Assembly (NCBI RefSeq): GCF_000025925.1
Contig: NC_014033.1
Span: 900,001-932,000, forward strand
Origin: Xylanibacter ruminicola 23
Lineage (GTDB): Bacteria > Bacteroidota > Bacteroidia > Bacteroidales > Bacteroidaceae
Length of the DNA: 32,000 bases
Direction of reading: 5' to 3'
The notes beneath the pieces were generated by a model that was not told the origin of the DNA, searched no databases, and saw only the letters and a list, made by a program, of their open reading frames with translations. Made by a program: the position numbers and the translations under genes. This document shows positions 30,189-32,000 of the stretch, in pieces. Numbering within the stretch: position 1 is the first letter of the stretch; every line of letters starts with the position of its first letter.

Positions 30189-31001
30189 ATGTTGAAGTTT
30201 ATATCCTTTGGAAGCGGTAGCAGCGGTAATTGCTATTATCTGGGCACAGCGACCGACGGGCTGATTATAGATATTGGTATAGGAATACGCACACTGAAGA
30301 AGTATTGTAGAGAGTATGGTATTCAGCTTAATTCCGTGAAGCGTATCTTGATAACGCACGATCATGCCGACCACATTAAAAGTGTGGGTGCCCTGAGTCA
30401 CGACTGCAACCTGCCTGTTTATGCCACACATAAAGTACACCAGGGCATAGACCAGAATTATTGTGTAACGAAGAAAGTATCGCAAGATCATAAACACGAG
30501 TTGGTAATTGGCGAGCAAGTACAGCTTGGCGACTTTAAGGTGCGCCCTTTTGCTGTGCCTCACGATGCCAGCGAGAATGTGGGCTACGAGCTGGAGGTTG
30601 AAGGTATTGTGTTTGTGGTGCTTACCGATGTGGGTAGCATTACCGACGATATCAAGCAGGCCATTAATCGTGCCAACTACCTGGTGATCGAGGCCAACCA
30701 CGATGTGGAGATGCTGAAGAATGGTCCTTATCCCGCTTATCTGCAGCAGCGCATTCTGAGTGGTAGCGGACACCTGTCGAACGTATCGTGTGGTGAGGCG
30801 CTGGTTGAGAATATGAGCGAGGGCCTGAAGCACGTTTGGCTGTGCCACCTGAGCGAGGAGAACAATCATCCTGAGTTGGCACGTAAGACGGTAGAGACCA
30901 TCCTGCGCAGTCATGGTGTGATTCCTGGCAAGGATGTGGAGCTGGAAGTGCTGAAGCGCAAGACACCAACAGGAGTCTACGAGATTAAAGATAAACATTA
31001 A
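30189..31001 (+). CDS. MBL-fold metallo-hydrolase
   Basis: Trimmed to MLKFISFGSGSSGNCYYLG. The HxHxDH motif is in ITHDHADHI. Confidence 0.85.
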   Translation: MLKFISFGSGSSGNCYYLGTATDGLIIDIGIGIRTLKKYCREYGIQLNSVKRILITHDHADHIKSVGALSHDCNLPVYATHKVHQGIDQNYCVTKKVSQDHKHELVIGEQVQLGDFKVRPFAVPHDASENVGYELEVEGIVFVVLTDVGSITDDIKQAINRANYLVIEANHDVEMLKNGPYPAYLQQRILSGSGHLSNVSCGEALVENMSEGLKHVWLCHLSEENNHPELARKTVETILRSHGVIPGKDVELEVLKRKTPTGVYEIKDKH

Positions 31002-31013
31002 ACATTAACGTTT

Positions 31014-31517
31014 ATGGTGGAGGTAATTGTAAAAGACGAGGATTTGCAGCAGGCTGCACTCGAGGGAATGGATGAGTTCCTGGATGTGTTTGTAAAGGCT
31101 ATCTACGATGCTATCGGTGGCGAACTGACTGCCGAGAGCATGGCCAAGTTGAATGCCGACCAGCTGACATTGCTGGCCTGGAACATTCTGCACGAAGAGG
31201 TGATGGATGGCGGATTTGTACAGCTGATTTACAACGGCTACGGTCCCTTCATCTTTAAGAATCCCCTGGCCAAAGCACTGCGCCAGTGGGATATGCGTGC
31301 CCCCTCAAAGTTGATTTACGATGCCCACACCCTGTGGCTGAAATATCGCGAAGAGATTGAAACCGAGAAGAGCGACGAGGATTTCATGGCTATGTTCGAG
31401 CAGTATCCGGAGTTCGAGAATCTGGATGATATCTTTATCGAGAACGAGGAAGAGTGGACCGAGGATATCGCCCATTATGTGGACGATCACCTGGACAACT
31501 TCGCGAAGATCATTTAA
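31014..31517 (+). CDS. DMP19/DUF4375-like protein
   Basis: LTLLAWNILHEEVMDGGFVQLIYNGYG resembles the DUF4375 core (..GG..Q...N). Assigned from memory. Confidence 0.55.
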   Translation: MVEVIVKDEDLQQAALEGMDEFLDVFVKAIYDAIGGELTAESMAKLNADQLTLLAWNILHEEVMDGGFVQLIYNGYGPFIFKNPLAKALRQWDMRAPSKLIYDAHTLWLKYREEIETEKSDEDFMAMFEQYPEFENLDDIFIENEEEWTEDIAHYVDDHLDNFAKII

Positions 31518-31526
31518 TAGTAAGAG

Positions 31527-32000
31527 ATGAACAAGACAGAAGAACAGTTACGCAAAAAGAGTCCTGTACAGATTCGCAACAAGAAGGCCTCGTTCGAGTA
31601 CTTCTTTGTTGAAACCTATACTGCAGGCATCGTGCTTACCGGTACGGAGATTAAGAGCATCCGACTGGGTAAGGCGAGCTTGGTGGATACCTATTGCGTG
31701 GTGCTTAACGGCGAACTGTGGGTGAAGGGCATGAACGTAAGTCCTTACTTCTACGGTTCGTACAACAACCACGAAGCCAAACGCGACAGAAAGCTGTTGC
31801 TAACCAAGAAAGAAATACGCGCCCTTGAGAGTGCCACCAAACAAACGGGGTTTACCATCGTGCCCACCTTGGTGTTTATCGATGACAAAGGCCGGGCCAA
31901 GGTAGATGTGGCGCTGTGTAAGGGTAAGAAGGAATTCGACAAGCGCCAGACGCTGAAGGAAAAGGAGGATCGCCGTGAGATGGACCGTGCGATGAAAGTC
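31527..32000 (+). CDS. smpB: SsrA-binding protein SmpB (3' end runs out of the window; not in the ORF track)
   Basis: My own translation: [57 protein letters not shown]...[10 protein letters not shown]...[20 protein letters not shown]. These are canonical SmpB motifs. Confidence 0.9.
   Translation, partial: MNKTEEQLRKKSPVQIRNKKASFEYFFVETYTAGIVLTGTEIKSIRLGKASLVDTYCVVLNGELWVKGMNVSPYFYGSYNNHEAKRDRKLLLTKKEIRALESATKQTGFTIVPTLVFIDDKGRAKVDVALCKGKKEFDKRQTLKEKEDRREMDRAMKV

Noticed and set aside
1-32000. Search for CRISPR arrays, rRNA, an integrase/transposase, a reverse transcriptase/retron, or a toxin-antitoxin pair of a known family
   Set aside because: I saw no regularly spaced 25-40-nt repeats, no rRNA-like sequence, and no ORF with tyrosine/serine recombinase, DDE or RT motifs on either strand. 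This absence rests on visual inspection only.

Overview
The window looks like a Bacteroidales chromosomal segment, probably Prevotella-like. Support: repeated TAnnTTTG -7 promoter boxes, a PPi-dependent phosphofructokinase, an HU-family/DUF3987-primase/M15-peptidase/smalltalk gene set, and lipoprotein-type signal peptides. Layout: (1) 1-2000, core genes: pepD 3' end, a lipoprotein, a tRNA-Ser/tRNA-Glu/tRNA-Glu cluster and an AlkZ-related gene. (2) About 2000-8720, a clearly AT-rich island with every gene on the minus strand. Hand-sampled lines give about 25-40% G+C here, against about 45-55% in the flanks. The island holds a WYL-domain regulator, an unannotated 57-aa zinc-ribbon ORF, a 167-aa unknown, a 342-aa tail-anchored coiled-coil protein translationally coupled to a 559-aa protein (nuclease-like motif plus multi-TM domain), and a separate YaaW-like/M48 peptidase operon. 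I recognise no named defence system here. This island is my best candidate for the undescribed system: a WYL-linked membrane-effector, abortive-infection-type locus. (3) 8801-17247, a cryptic primase-encoding element with no integrase in view. It carries a 145-bp direct repeat bracketing an internal fragment of a yhcG/DUF1016 nuclease gene, a 34-aa smalltalk-type ORF, an HU-family gene, a symmetric heptamer-array/palindrome structure, kinase-like and HIRAN cargo genes, a VirE-N/DUF3987 primase-helicase and an M15 peptidase. (4) 17250-32000, housekeeping genes: ygiQ, a large secreted amidase-like protein, plsC-like, pfp, GH25 lysozyme, trmH-family, a BamA/TamA-family OMP, an MBL hydrolase, a DMP19-like protein and smpB. 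These are interspersed with a dispersed AATTCGTG-word hairpin repeat. No CRISPR array, rRNA, integrase or transposase was seen. All functional calls come from reading motifs by eye, not from database searches.
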